A DNA stretch of 64,000 bases from Balanoglossus misakiensis (GCA_040954595.2 CM082592.2:4604735-4668734), one strand, 5' to 3'; numbered from the stretch's first letter, positions 41,718-56,900 are shown. Notes: generated by a model from the sequence alone, not told the origin. Made by a program: numbers and translations.

Positions 41718-44490
41718 TTACCAGACGGTGTATGCTTGTCGTTTCACAAAACAATGCCAGGATTTCACTTCACTTTTTTAATGAACAGCTCCATCTTTTG
41801 CAGCTGTATGTTGTAAGACAATTTTTTTTGTACAGACAGGAAAAAAAAGTTATTTTTATCTATCGGATTTAATTTTTTGTTCATAGTTGTATTCTTTGGG
41901 TATTTTTTAACATGTCAGAATTATGTCCATTTATTTGTAATATACTGTTCACTTTTTTAAATATTTAAGTGATTTATTTAACTAAACTCTGAAGTGATTT
42001 TTTTCTCAAAATAATGTCAAATTCATTTAACCTGCCAACATTATGCCAAAAAAAAAATAATTTTGTGCTTCTAGTAACTTGACCCAACCCAAATTTTTCC
42101 TACTGGATTTAAAACTTCATGCTAAGTAAATGCAGATTGAAGTAAACATAAATGCGAAAGTATTTTTAAAGAGCATGTTATCAGAACCACACAATTGTTT
42201 CAATTGGTCTTTAATTAATATTAAGCCAAATTTTATTGGGAGATACCACATTTCATTATGATTAAATTTTTCTGGCTCCCCAAGCTATTGCAATATCCAG
42301 ATAAATAATAATAAGAAAGTGTGCCAATCCATTCAACTGCAGTCTAACGATCAGTGTTGTAGTTCAGTATCTGCCAAGATGTCGAACATTGGCAACATTC
42401 CACACATCAGCCATTATGTCCCAGGCTGTCAGTAGCCATGGTCATTTTTCACTCAAAGTCAAACACTTTGTTGTCTCAATCTGCCCAGAAAGTCGCCCAA
42501 TTGATTGTGGGCTCGCAATAATGTTGGCAAATTCTAATTCTGTCAGATCTGTTCCTGACGAACTTAACAAATTCCTGACATCTCAGAGGTTGCAAGGACT
42601 CTTAATCAAACGTCACAGCAAATTGTCTTTCAAGCTGCTGTTTCATAATTTTTTCTCAAACAAGAAAATTAAACCAAACTACAATAAACTTATCTGCCAC
42701 AAAAGTTTCTATCAAGTTAGAATTTGAGAAAAGTATATGTAATATTGGTCACATTTTTAAAAAGGTCACTAAAAAATTTCAATGTGCCTTCCTTGCAGTT
42801 CAGTATGTGGTTTCAAGTGCCTGAAATTAATAATTTTGAAATCAATTTAAACATGGATATTTAATTTTAAGAAGCAGGTTAGTGTCTGTTGCAGTGACTA
42901 TATATTTATATATTATATATTTATATATCCTGAAGATTTTATCTCAAGGTTTGCAATTTTTTGTCGTTGCAATGTCTCAAAATAACCTGCATTGTATGGG
43001 AGTTATGTTTGAATATTCTAAAAGCACTACACCTTATCTTGACCCATTAACATGAAATCTGATAATTGCATCTAGACTATGTCACGATTTGTTTGAGACC
43101 AAAACTTTTCCTTGTAAAAATTCAGAACTTTCCGTCCATGGTGCCAGAAATCCCTATTCACTGCTGATTTCAACTAATGTTGGATCAAACCTTAATTGTT
43201 TATCATCAAACTTTATACATATCCAAAAGTGCATGAGCTGCGTTTTGTGCATTTATCAAACATTACAATTACGAGACGTGAACAGTCTAGGTTTCATCAC
43301 CCACTGGCATTTCTGTCGAATATATATCAGCAAAACTGACTGTCACGCAAACCGCACGATCGAGTCGTGTCTGCACAGTCCATCCTGGGTAAAAACCCAA
43401 CCCACCCACCCCTCAATTTCTAGTAGTATGACCCACTTGACTGCTCAACACACTGGGGGTCACAGTACTCTGTCTGCACCTGTGGGTTGAGATGATAACA
43501 AGAGATGTGCAGCAAGTGTGGAGTCTACTACACTTTTCTAGACCACTTCAAAGTGAACGAACCCAATTCTAGCACCTACAAGTGTGTTTTTTTTGCAAAG
43601 CAATCTCAAGAAACATTTCCTGTATCTTTATCCTGTATATATTGTTCTTACTGAAGTAAGATTACTTAGTAAGCTTGCTTCGGTCCTAACATGAGTTGTA
43701 CAAAATACGTTTTGTATATTTGATGAGCTTTGACAAATCAGAAAGAAAATTAACACACGTCTTCTAAAACGAGTGTGTACTTTTGTAGTAATAACTTGTT
43801 ACCAGCTTGAGTCTCAAAATAAACTTGCCTATGAATTTTTCTGAGATTTAAAATTTATCACAAATACAATGTACTTCAGGGTCACAATATTCTTGTTTCA
43901 GATCAATGATTTTGTCTACTTGAGTTGTGTATGCCAACATGAGGCCAATTGCGGGTAATTGCAAAGGTGTACATCGTCATAAACAGTGCAATGGCATTTA
44001 TTTTTTGGTAGCAGAAAATTAAAAAAACACTGAACCTGATTCAAAATGTCTGCTGTTTTTATTTTCTTCTATTGAACTTGTTCCAGTGCGAAAAATAAGC
44101 CTCTTTCTCCGTTTTACAACAAAGTGCATTTTGATTTTAAGTTTGAGTAAAGAAATAAAATGGACATTTTAAATTTATATTTCTGGGTGTTATTACGTTG
44201 ATGAAAAAATCCTTCTTTAATAGTTAACCACTATAAAACAAAGATGCTGGATTTAGAAGCTGGTTGAAATAACAGCATGAAGTATTACAATTTGTCACAT
44301 TGTCCTCATTCAACTGCTACAACCATCATGCGCAAAATGTGCTTACATCAAAAATTTCAAGTCTGCAAAGTGTACAATAGTTGATCCTTAGATTTTATAG
44401 CCAAGGTGAGTGAATCTTACAGTATTCAAGTGATGTACAGATAGCACTGTTGTTGCTATAGTATACATGTACACGGGTTGGCAGTTTTAT

Positions 44491-44506
44491 CTCTCCAGAG
44501 GGCGCC
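44491..44506 (+). promoter_or_regulatory. CTCF-like motif upstream of ACOX3
   Basis: CTCTCCAGAGGGCGCC resembles the CTCF core CCASYAGRKGGCRS; ~400 bp before the ATG. Confidence 0.4.
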
Positions 44507-44901
44507 GTCAATGCTAGTACGCCCGCAGCGACAGAAAATAGCTATGATGGTGACCGTGATATGACCATCTATGACCAAACTGAAACGTAAAGTTTGGAAT
44601 GCTGCTGTAATGTGTGCCATTTATCCATGTAATGAAATCTTCAAATAGAATACGTAGTGCCAATTTTTCGTAATTTCCAAGGTTAGTTCATGGTTTTATA
44701 AAGTTCATGTCTATAGTGCGTCGAACTTTGTTCGGAAACGACAGGATTCACAGGACAGCCTGTTCCAAAGTTCAAAGGTGAACGATCATCAGCTGTCGTC
44801 CGAAGCTCATCGGCGTCTGGGATCAAGACACTCTTTATAACATTCGGTGAAGTAAGCCGAGAAGAACGTGTCGTAAGAATCGCCGTAAACCGAGTTAAAG
44901 G

Positions 44902-47900
44902 ATGGAGGAGAGACTGAAAAGAATAACTTCGCATTTTGTACCAAAACCACAAAATCACCAAAATGATGCTTTGCGGTTACATAAGGTCAGCAGCGGTGGT
45001 GCAGCCGCGCCAGCTCTTGACGTTGACCTCGACAGTGATTCGAAGAGGGGGTTTCAACTCCCAAATCCCAGTCTGAATGAAATTCCGGACAGGGAGACCG
45101 TGGACGAACTGACCGCCGATCTACCGCGAGGACCTCTTGACGTGTACAGGCAGAAAGCATCCTTCGACTGGAAAATCATGAAAATGTTCTTGGAAGGAGA
45201 GGAGATCGTTCGGTTTCAGGTATCGTATAAAATGTGATTATCAACACCTAGCGTTTGTAATTTAATTCCCTTCCCCCTGGGGCATAGTACTATAGCTAAA
45301 GCTCTCGCCTTCTTTGAGTACTTGCTTGTCAAGACTAAAAACAATCACTTGAATTGCACAGGGGGCAGAGAAATCGTATAATAATCGTGATGATGATGAT
45401 GATAATGATGATGATGATGTCGATGATGATAAATATTTCTGTATATACAGGAGTGACGCTGGGCGACGTACCATACGACGTTGGGCGATCTAGATTATCT
45501 TTTATCAATAGTGTTCTTTTACAGATGAGTTTCCAAAGCTATATGAAACTTTTGCTCATGTCATGATATACATGCAATAACTAGCTCGACCGTCTGAGTT
45601 CAAGTTCATATCACATTTGTTACATCACAATCGCCTGAAAAAGACTGTTCAGAAAGTAACTGAATCATACTCTGAAAAAAAACACCATACTTTTACAGAA
45701 CTATGTATTCGGAACCCTGGAGAAGGATCCGCTATTTGCCAGGTCTCTGGACGAGCTCAGCATGGATGAGCAACGCAGGATCACTTTTCTACGGATGAAG
45801 CGACTGATGGAGTACGACTTCATGCCGGATGCGGAGCTGATCGCCAATCCGATGAAATATCCCCTCTTGGGAAACATGTTGGTGATGTACGATCCAGGAC
45901 TGTCCACCAAATCATTGCTGCATAAACAGGTACAGTTACGTTGTTAGGAAAGTTATCTTCAGGACATTTCCCACCAAACTGTCGTGTCAGGAATTTTGGT
46001 AGGATAATTGTCCGATCAGTGGGTAACTTTCCTTACATTTAATTATACACACAAGCATTTCTGTAGCATACAAATGTTAAATTCTAGGTGAGGAGCTATC
46101 TGGAAATAAGTACTATTAAAATGTTTCAGAATATAATCCCTCGACCTGAGTTTTTGACACACCTTTGTACATTATATTTTAAGTTCACTGAAATCAAATT
46201 CTGATATAAAACAGTGCTGAAAATATTTGCTTGGATGCATTGCAATGTTGTTTGCATGAATGTGTGTAAACAAGATGGAATGACTAACACTGAGTAACAG
46301 TAACAACTCATCCCTGCATTTTATTTTCATCATGAACACAGTTGTTTGGAGGAACAGTAAGAGCTGCTGGGTCACCAAGACATGCAGAAGTGGCTGAGAA
46401 GTGTGATAACTTGGAGGTAAGTATGGTATAATTAGGATATTTGCTATGAGACTAATAGAGAGTAATACTCAGAAGTATGAGGTTGTTTTCTTCCTCAATG
46501 CTTGTGTAGCCATACTTTGCATCTCACATTGATTTGGCAAGGCTCTGATTTGCATCAGAATACTACCATGTAGATTTCCACATCTTTTCAAATGTTTGTC
46601 TCCTTTCTTTGAAACAAGACGTTTGTGAAACATGTACATTTCAGGCAATAAGGACACTTGTGTTTACTGCCCGTTCACTTTGTTTCAGGTGTTGGGAGCG
46701 TTTGCTCTGACAGAAATCAGCCATGGAAGTAACACCAGATCCATGAGAACCATTGCCACTTACGATGAGAAAAGCAAGGTAATTAAATCAAGTAAAATTA
46801 ATGATTTGGACAATTGTTGATTGCCAGAGAGTGGGTTAAAAAATGAGTCATTGGGCTGTTGGAAACACTAAAAGAGAAAAAATAACATTGTGAATGTCTT
46901 TGATCTGTAATGTATGTCACGTATCTTAGTAATTTTAAAGAAGATAGAGAAACGCAAATGATTTTCGGGCATGACCAGGGTTAAAAAAAATGAGTCATTG
47001 GGCTGTTGGAAACACTAAAAAAAATAACATTGTGAATGTCTTTGATCTGTAATGTATGTCACGTATCTTAGTAATTTTAAAGAAGATAGAGAAACGCAAA
47101 TGATTTTCGGGCATTCACTTGTGAAATTATCAAAAATTGAGTGCTACAGGACGAAATGAGAATAGTTTCGTAGTGCAGAGTTAACTAGAGGGTTTCCCTG
47201 TTGAATTCAATTGCATCTTCCAGGAGTTTGATCTGCACACACCCGACGTCGAGGCGACGAAGATCTGGATAGGAAACCTAGGCAAGAGCGCTACTCACTG
47301 CGTTGTGTACGCCCAGCTGTACACGGCGGACGGCAAGTGCCACGGTTTGCACGCCTTCGTGGTTCAAGTGCGCGACACCAACACTCTGCTGCCGATGCCC
47401 GGCGTTCTAGTCGGTGATATGGGCAAGAAACTTGGGCTCAATGGGCTGGACAACGGGTGAGTTTGATAACGTCATAATCTTTATTTCTGATATCGCGCTA
47501 TACATAATAACTTATCTCAATGCACTCAACAATAAAGTAATAATAATTTTAAAGTGATAGAAGATAAGAAAAGAGAAATTAAAAGAATCAAAAGTATCAA
47601 AAACTTTGTTAAAACCGTGCCAACAAACGGACAGTTACACATTAAGTGATTTAAATAGGTAGGCTTTTAACCCAACTTTAATATTACACTGTATTTTGAC
47701 AGAAAATCTGGACTAGAAAGTCAGTCAATTTCATAATTTCTTAGTCAGTTCTATTTTGATTTAAGTAATTCTGCCTGTAGAAATGTATGGCAAAACCAAC
47801 AGCAGTAGATTACAGGTTTAGTATGTGATGACAGGGTATATTATTCAGCTGAAGAGAGTTTCAATAATGCCTGTTGAGGGCGCTATTCAAGGTGCCACTC

Positions 47901-50900
47901 CACGTTGTACAAATCATGGACTAGGTCAATCTGATTAAAATCAGATGGAGGGAACGGCGACTTGGTTTTTTTTATGCTGTCGCGGTAGTGTGAGGCGACA
48001 GCATAAAAAAAAACACGTCGTCGTTCCCTACATCTGATTTTAATCAGATTGTGACTAGGTGGAGTTGTTGTCCAATATTGGAAATAGCTGTTCGTTGACC
48101 CTTTCGTTCAAAAGGAAGCCTAGTCATGTTTTATTACCAACTTGGTAATGGACCAATTTCCTGCTTAAGTTAATAACTCATCAGAGAGACCCCCGGCATT
48201 GTTTCGGACCGTTAAGCATCGTGTAGAGTCATATTGTCAAACGCAAATTACACAATTGGTTTTAGTCTAATTTTAGTCTCATTGATTGATAACGCCTCTG
48301 TTCTTCATCAATCATTTGCTGCACTCTTGAGGCCAATTTTGAAACAATACCATCGTTTTAAATTTAATTCTGCAGTATAAGGATCCATTCAAAAACGCTT
48401 TCCCAGATATTTGCATGTTAAAGGGCGATGATCGTCCACGAGTGCATCTGCAGAAGGGGACTACATGTTCCCGAAAGCTCATGCTGTAATTCCAACTGTT
48501 GATCAAAGAGTGCTACACAACTTTAATTCATATTGTACCGAAGATCAACACGGCAACATGTGATTTTAGTTACACTCTCCTTTTCTGTTGTCAAATTTTT
48601 TACTTCCATCAACAAGTTTTGTACTAAGCTTGTCTGTATAATCAAAACATAGAAATAACAACATTCATAAAAAAGCTTTAAAATCTTTAAACAGACAGAG
48701 ATTTTAGCCGCAAATGTCAACAAGTTATGCGGCATATACCTCATAATGAATGATGTCAAGTCCATATGAAGCTTTGTATTAGCTCGACCACCTCATTGAG
48801 AACTGTGCATAACAAGTGTTTTTCTCAGCAAGAGGTAATGAGAGACCTTGAAGTGTAACAGGTTACGAACATCACGACATCACAGTTTGAAGGGTGTGCC
48901 GTACTTCCATCCTCTTACATGAAGTGCAATAATACCAATGAGCTACTGTAAAACAGGTTATTTTCGCGAGCAATAAATTTTCGCGAAATACGCGAGAGCC
49001 CCAAAAACATGACAAATAAAAAGTCGCATAAAATGTTTTTCGGAGATAACAATGTAGTTAGCGAAATACGAGAACGCCAAAATTAATCCTCGCGTAACAG
49101 TTGCCTCTTTTGATTATTTGTCTGAAAGTTTCATTGTTTTGCCAAAGAACTAACATCACATGAGCTTTGTTATTTAATGTACAAGTGATGATAACATTGA
49201 CACATGAGAAAAACCCAACAATAGATAATTTTCCGGCTCAGAATGCAAGATCTAATTACCGTAGCAACAGGTTGCTAGCCAATTAATGCAATTCAAGCTT
49301 TATAAATTATAGAAAACCAAAATAGATGCATTGTTGAACAAAAAGTTTCAATTTTTGGGGCCGTTATAACATAACCAGCTATGTTTTGGTCGTCCTGTAT
49401 CAAATTAGAAGGTCCTTCTAAATCTGATCTCTCATGGCCTTGTTCAGTTCTGGAAAAGGTCTCTTGTCACACTGGTGCAGTCAATTTGTACGTTCAGTAA
49501 AATTGAAAGTGTTGTCATCTTTTGTAATTGTGGATTTTTTTATTCTCCTTTGTATGTATAATGAACATCCGTAATAAAATATAGGGGTCACCGCGCTTGT
49601 TTATGAAATACAGAGCCATGAATTTGGTCGATAATAGAAGAAATCTGCTGACTCAGCATTTTTCACCAATGGTTTGTCTATGGGCAAAATTTTCAACGCA
49701 ATTTATCTCAAAATAGAGCGCGGTGACCCCTATATTTTATTTGACCAATGAACTTATATTTGCTGGACTGAGCTATGTGTAAAGTTTCGTGAAAATGACA
49801 ATAGTAGAAGTTTGTTTTCTGGCGATTATCAATGTAATCCTATGGGAAAAAGACCGGGCGCGCACTGTTTCCGGTTTATGTTCTGCGCGTACATCCTTAA
49901 TGCGTCTCTTTGTGCGATTTCTCCAGGTTCGTGGCGTTCAACCATGTACGCATACCGCGAGAGAGCCTGCTGAACAAGACAGGGGATGTTGATGCCGGGG
50001 GAAAATACCAAACCGAATATAAGGTCTGTGTATATACAGGTCTTTGCTGTGAAAATATTGTTGAATCAAGAAATTAATTTGTGATGATTATTATATTGTC
50101 ACAAAACTCACAAGCTACCTAAATCACCTTGTTAGTGGTTTTCTATTACAGCTCCTTCAGCTGTAACTTTTCGATATATTTTCACGATGTTTGTCTTTTG
50201 TATTTTCTTCATTTTCTTGTTCAAATCTTTGAAGCAAGATGAAATGCCCAGTACTGTGCAATGTTTGAATTCAAGTCTGGACTAGAGAAATGCTTAGAAA
50301 AAAAAGGTCTGTTGTATAACAACTGTATGTATCGTAATGAGGAAAGAGTGTTAACAGCCCAACTTAGAGAGTGGTGTCTTCAGGGACTTTTTAATTGGTC
50401 CCTGTACATTTGGCATATCACGACAACATAAAGTAATCTGCAACAGAGTGGTAATGCCTCAAGTCAAAAGGGACATGAGCTGTGACTTTTGGCTTATTTT
50501 CTAGCATATCGATTCTGTGTACCAAATGCAATTTTATGTCACACTCCAAACATCATGCTAATAATAACCAGCCCTCCACTTGTCGACCTGGCTTGTATGT
50601 GTGTAACAGTCACGGTCATTGATGACAAATTCATTCTTGTCTGCACTCAAATATTGCACCATAACAATACTGACTGTATACATGTACATGTTTAGATTAA
50701 CTGTTGTGTTAACTAAAGGTCACCTATGGAAAATTGGGTATAGTTACCATGGCAATTTGAGATCTAGCCAATCAGAGATTTTCAGTGGGTGGCACACGTG
50801 AAAAAAAAGAGTGCCATCATATGTTCTTTAGAATGCTCAAATACTCCAGTTCAGCCATATATGGGTGTATGTAAATTGGAGGTGACTGTATACCTTTAAT

Positions 50901-53900
50901 AAGCTGGTAACTGGGCATTTCATGATGCTTCAGGAATTCAAACAAGAAACTACAGTAGATACACAAAACAAGAATACTGAAAACATCTAGTGAAAAGTTA
51001 CAGCTAAATGAAGCTTCAATTTTTGACGTCCTACTTGAATTATTGAATTTTCTTCTTTTGTTTAATAGGATCCCAACAAACGGCTGGGTGCATCTTTGGG
51101 AGCTCTCTCTGGAGGCCGTGTGGGAATAACACACATCGGGGTCACCTACATGAAGCTGTGTTTGGCCATATCCGTACGGTACTCGGCCGTCAGGAGGCAG
51201 TTTGGACCGACAGACAACCAGGAAATACCAGTTATCGAATATCAGTTGCAGGTAGCTTTGAATTAAACCCTAACGCTACCAAGTCACTTGAAACTGGTTT
51301 GATTTCCAGGGTGCCTAGAATCCGGGCTCCCAGGCCCATTAGGCTGCCAAGTGTGTGTTATTCAGTAGGGCCTATACAAGACCCTCAGACTAATACAGTA
51401 CAAACCAGTGCGATTTGGTACATTTTACAGGGGCCTCAGACTGCCAAGTGTGCCAAGTATGTATGAGAGCCATGTCAAGACAGTCAAAATACGTTTTAGA
51501 AGAAAAGTGGCAAATATGTTTTGGGGGACTTGACACTCTAAACAGATATGACACCCAGTAGCAATAGGGTTAATCCACTGTCATGATGGATGCCCTGGGT
51601 GGCCTTACATCCTGTAATTTTTTTCAATACAGGATTCCATTTGGCTATTCTAACTGCCTGGTTGATTTTTTTTTTTTTTTTTTTTTTTTGACAGCAATGG
51701 AGACTTGTTCCTTACATCGCTGCCCTCTATGCCCTCGAGTACTTTGCCAAGCTATTCTATAAATTCTTCATTGAATTCACAGTCAACGGCATGATTGGAA
51801 TCACAGGCGAACGACAGGTGAGCTTATCCGTTTTATCATCGATTGCAAATTGTGAGAAAATTGCCAGAGATAAGAGATTTATTTCCAGTCCAATTGTGGC
51901 CCAGTTTTGTAGCTACAACCCAGTTCTCTCTATGACACTTTGAGATCTAATTACAGGAGCCACGTGGTCTAAACATTCTGCAACACTGGCTGTGCAGTCA
52001 AGTACGTGGACAAAGTTTGACTCAACGAAGGTTCAATCTTGTCTGTCTACAAGCATAGTAGAGATTGGGTATAGGTCACCAGTATTTCAGCATGTTTCAA
52101 ATAGGAAGAGCTTTAAGATGGAAAATGCTGAGTGAGCACGTATCTTGCAATCTTATTGAGTATAGTTTCACTGTGGTGAAATTACTGTAAAACACTTTAT
52201 TTTCGCGAGTTACATTTTTCGCGATATCGAGAGTGGCCACTGTTTCGTGCGTATTAATTTTTCGCGTTCTCTTATTTCATTCACTGCATCGTTATCTTCA
52301 AAAACAATTTACGCGACTTTTTATTTTCACGCTATTTTGGCTCGCGCATATTTGGCGAAAATTAATTGCTCGCGAAAATAAAGTGTTTTACAGTATCTGA
52401 ACAGCCTAATTTTAATAGCAACTATTATAAGATGCAAATTGAAGATAACAGTTCAGCTTTGCAGTGATAACCACCAGAGGCTAAACTACAGGTTACACTC
52501 TGTAAACCGGGAAATTTTCACGAATGGAAATTTTCGCGATTTGAAAAAGAGGCAACTGTTAAGCGACGATTAATTTTCATGTTCTTGTATTTCACTGCAT
52601 TGTTAACTTTTGGCTCTCGCATAATTCGCGGAATTATCGTTCACGAAAATTTCCCGTTTAGCAGTAAATGCAGATTGCAGTAATTATTGACTGTGAATCC
52701 TTGTGTGAATGGGTGAGAAGAACGCCTTGTGGATGGCAATCACTGATAAGGCCATTGTTAGATTCGACCAGCTCAGTCACAATTCCGGGAATAGCACTCA
52801 GGCCAGACGGAGAGCATACAAAGTGTTGATTGTGTGTTTTCAAAAGACGAGGTCAGTGATGTTCAAGTGGCATGAGATGATTTGAGCTGATGACATGAAA
52901 CTGAAAAAAAATGTCATCTGATGGTGCCGTATCGGCGATACTATAGGTTTTAACCCAGACAATATCTATTTGTTGGCAGGTTTACAAAATGATTTGACTG
53001 TTCTTATTTTTTTGCAGATTTTTGACTCCCAGGTTTTTGAATTGAATACTGTAAAACAAGTTATTTTCGCGAGCGATAAATTTTCGCGAAAAACGCGAGA
53101 GCTAAAAAAAATGTGAAAATAAAAAGTCGCGTACAATGTTTTCGCAGATAACGATGCAGTTTGTGAAATATATTATAACTGATTTTTAGACAATCCTCAT
53201 TGGGTATCATCTTAAGAGAAGAGAACAATACACGTTTTAGTTTGTGTTCCCAAATTTGTCCGTTGTGCAGTATGTTTAAAAACACATTCTCGTGAACCAG
53301 AGCCATCTACTGTAAAACGGGAATTATACGCGATAGGAAATTTGTGCAATATCAACAGAGGCGACTATTATACGACGATTAAAGGTATACGGTCACCTAT
53401 GCAAATTTAGCTATAGTTACCATGGTAAATTGAGATCTAACCAATCACAGATTTTCAGTGGTTGGCACACGCGAAAAAAAGAGCGCCACCATACGTTCTT
53501 TAGAACACTCAAATACGCCATTTCAGCTATATATGGCGATATGTAAATTGGAGGTGACCGTATACCTTTAATTTTCTCGTTCTCTTTATCTCTGAGTAGC
53601 ATTCTATCATACACATTGATCTTTCGCGACTATTTATTATCACATTTTTTGGCTAACATGAAGTTCGCGAAAATTTATCGTTTTACAGTATTTTACACGG
53701 AGGTTGCAATAAAGAGGTTGTAGGTTACGACGATGATAAACCAACATTCCTTTGGGCTGACGTGTTATTTTCTTGTCCTTTATAGGCAGACTTTGGTAAA
53801 GAAATCCACGCTGTATCCTGCTGCAGTAAACCATTAGCTGGATGGATAGCCAGAGATGCAATACAAGAATCTAGAGAAGCCTGTGGTGGCCATGGTTACT

Positions 53901-56900
53901 TGGCTTGTAAGTATTCAGCATGGGTGCCTTAACCCTCTCACCGAGAAGAGATAGATTCTTATACATAGAGATTTTTTCAGTAAAAAGTGACGAGCTTCAC
54001 TTTCCCTAGCATAAACAACACTGAATTTCAACCCTTTCACTGCTACGGTTTGGCCCCAAATCCATTGTTTTCTATGGTAAAGTTGGACTTCTGTAAAAGG
54101 AAATGGGGGTGAAAGGTTGTATGCACCTTTGGTACAGATTATCAGAAAGAAAAAAAACGATACTCTTCCAAACCGTTCATGAATTTCTTCGCCTTAATGT
54201 AAATGAGGAATTGTTTTGAAAAGGGTCATACAGCCACAATCACAGTGTGATAGTACATTTTTGTAAGGACATTTAAATGGTTAAATGGACCAATCTAATT
54301 TTGAAGGTAGAAACATGAAAATACACAAAAAAATGGCAGCAATTGGGGCTTTGAGACACATGAGTGTGTTTGCACTGTGATATGTACGAATTCTGGGTGT
54401 CACTTATCATATAAAAAAATGAAACAGCCATAAAATCTTAGAAAAGCAGTTTGGTGTGTTTTCAAATCATTTATCAGTGTAAATCATGGCAAGTTCTACC
54501 TCAGCTTGTTTCATGGTGAATTTGTGGCTGGTCTTCTGCTGCTTCTGATAACATGGAACGTTGGAATACAATATTTACATTTATTTGCATTTCAGTCAAT
54601 CGTCTTGGCGATATACGGGATGATCACGACCCCAACCTTACATACGAAGGGGACAACAATGTCATTCTCCAGCAGACCAGCAACTATTTGTTAACAATGG
54701 CAGAGAATAAGCAGAAAGGTGGGTCAGTGATAGTGTGCTCAGTAGGAATTTGTTTTCTTCTTTGGTGGGCGCAGTGTACATGGAAAGGAAGGTGGAATGA
54801 TGTAAGTTCCTACTCAAGGACCTTGGATATTAAACAACAGTTCTGAACACTGATGTTAAAGGGAAGGGGTCGTCGCGCCGCGTGGGTGTCCCCCTTGATG
54901 AGAATATGTCCTCACATACCAACGCAAACCCCACTGCAGTCGCCACGACCTACTAGGATCTTCAGTTGCTGTCATTGCCCAGTCTACGCTACGGTTGGCT
55001 GCTTCGTTCATTCTGAGAATTATCTAATTTCAGGGATCTGTGGATGAATTGTGATGTTTATAAACAAACAAACGCGGCGCGACGACCCCTTCACTTCAAC
55101 AAAAGTGCGATTTGCACTTTTGGCCACAGATAGCCTTCTGAGGCCTTCTACCGGTACATACATGTACATTCCCAGTGGGGACTATGTCATTGATAATGAC
55201 CTGCTCACATGTGTGCGAAGACCATCATACAAAGTTAAATGTACGATGTGCCTAATTATCTTGTCCTCGGTTGGGGAGGAGTAGTGTTGCAGCTGACTTC
55301 TTTCACCGAAGATGTCTATGACTAATGATTGTCAGAGGATTTGAGCCGCAAGGCGTCTGATTCCACACAAAGGATTCGTATATTTCAATCGAACAGTAAT
55401 TATAGAGGCTGTATACAAAAAAGCCATTTGAAATGTCGTGTGTCTTGGTTTCCTCTTTTCGCATCTGCTTCCAGACGTCAAGCCGTACACGTACCAGCTG
55501 CTGCCCGTTGGTTTCAACAGGATGTCTGTTGCTCAAAATGAAAAATGCGTTAAAGGGACAAAGTCGCTCTCTCGCTGCCCCTTTTTAATTCATTAATTAT
55601 GTTTTGTACAAGACACTGTTCGCGTCATTCTACGTGTGGATATATATAGTGAATCAATGTTCGACCACACACAATTTCCATCCCACTTGCAGACACGAGA
55701 GTGGAAAACTCGGGAAAATGAATAATCAGTCGGTACCATTTATTCATTTTGGCGAGAGTTTTACTCTCGTATCCTACAAACAGGATCGCCCACACACTTT
55801 CACACGAGCAAAAAATTGAAAGCTTTCACTGTTTTATGGTCTGTCATTTTCTAAAAATCTGGGTTGCTGAATACCTTAACCCTTTCACCACAATGGTTCA
55901 GTCCAAACCCATTGTTTTCTATGGTAAGATTGGACCTCTAAAGAGGAAACCGGGGATGGAAAGGTTAAATGTCATGTTTTGCATAACTTACTCACGGTTA
56001 CATGTATAATACTCGGTAATCAGAATTTGATAAAACATAACACCTTACACAAGACGAAAGCCAAGATTGCTATCATGCTCCTCAATTTCAGCCACAAGGC
56101 AGTGCATTGTGAAAATTGCATTGATAAATCCCTTTTGACACCCTCTTCAGGATCCACACCCCCTCCCTCCTTGCGCTTCGAGTAAAAAACAACCGCAAAG
56201 TCAAGCCCAGAGTACTTTCTGACTAAAGTATTATCGAGCGAGAATAACATGTTAGTTTTAAGACTTGCGACTGGAAGGGCAAGGAATTGTTGATGAGCAT
56301 GAAGCTTAATTATAATAACAAAACGACACCCTTTTTCCTTTCTGCAGGAGTTCCGTTTGCGTCGCCCATGGAGACGGTCAATTTCCTGGAGAACGCACCC
56401 GTCATCTTGAAGTGGAAATTCAGTGCCGTCACCGAGGCTCAGTGCCAGGACGCTGCCGGTAATGTCTTGCTTTATCCTTTGTTGGAGAGGATGCTCAATG
56501 ATTGGGGGTTTTCAGGCACAGATTCTAGCCTAAGGAAATTATCTATGATGCTTCATTACCTTTGATATAGGGATACGTTTGTGATTTTTTAGCTCACATG
56601 TTCGCACACATGAGCTGATGTCCGTATGTATGTCTGTCCGCCTGTCTATCTGTCTGTAATTCTGTATGACCACCCATCTGTCTCAGAACAGAATATCTCA
56701 AGAATGAGCTCACATGTTCATACACCTGAGCTGATGTCTGTCCGTCTGTCTGTGTCTGTCTGTTTATCTGTCTGTCTGTCAGTCTGTCTGTCTGCCTGCC
56801 TGCCTGCCTGCCTGTGATTGTGTCCACCCTTCTGTCTGTGAACAGAATATCTCAAGAATGAATGAATGGATTAAAGTCAAAATTTCAGCGCTCATTGAAG

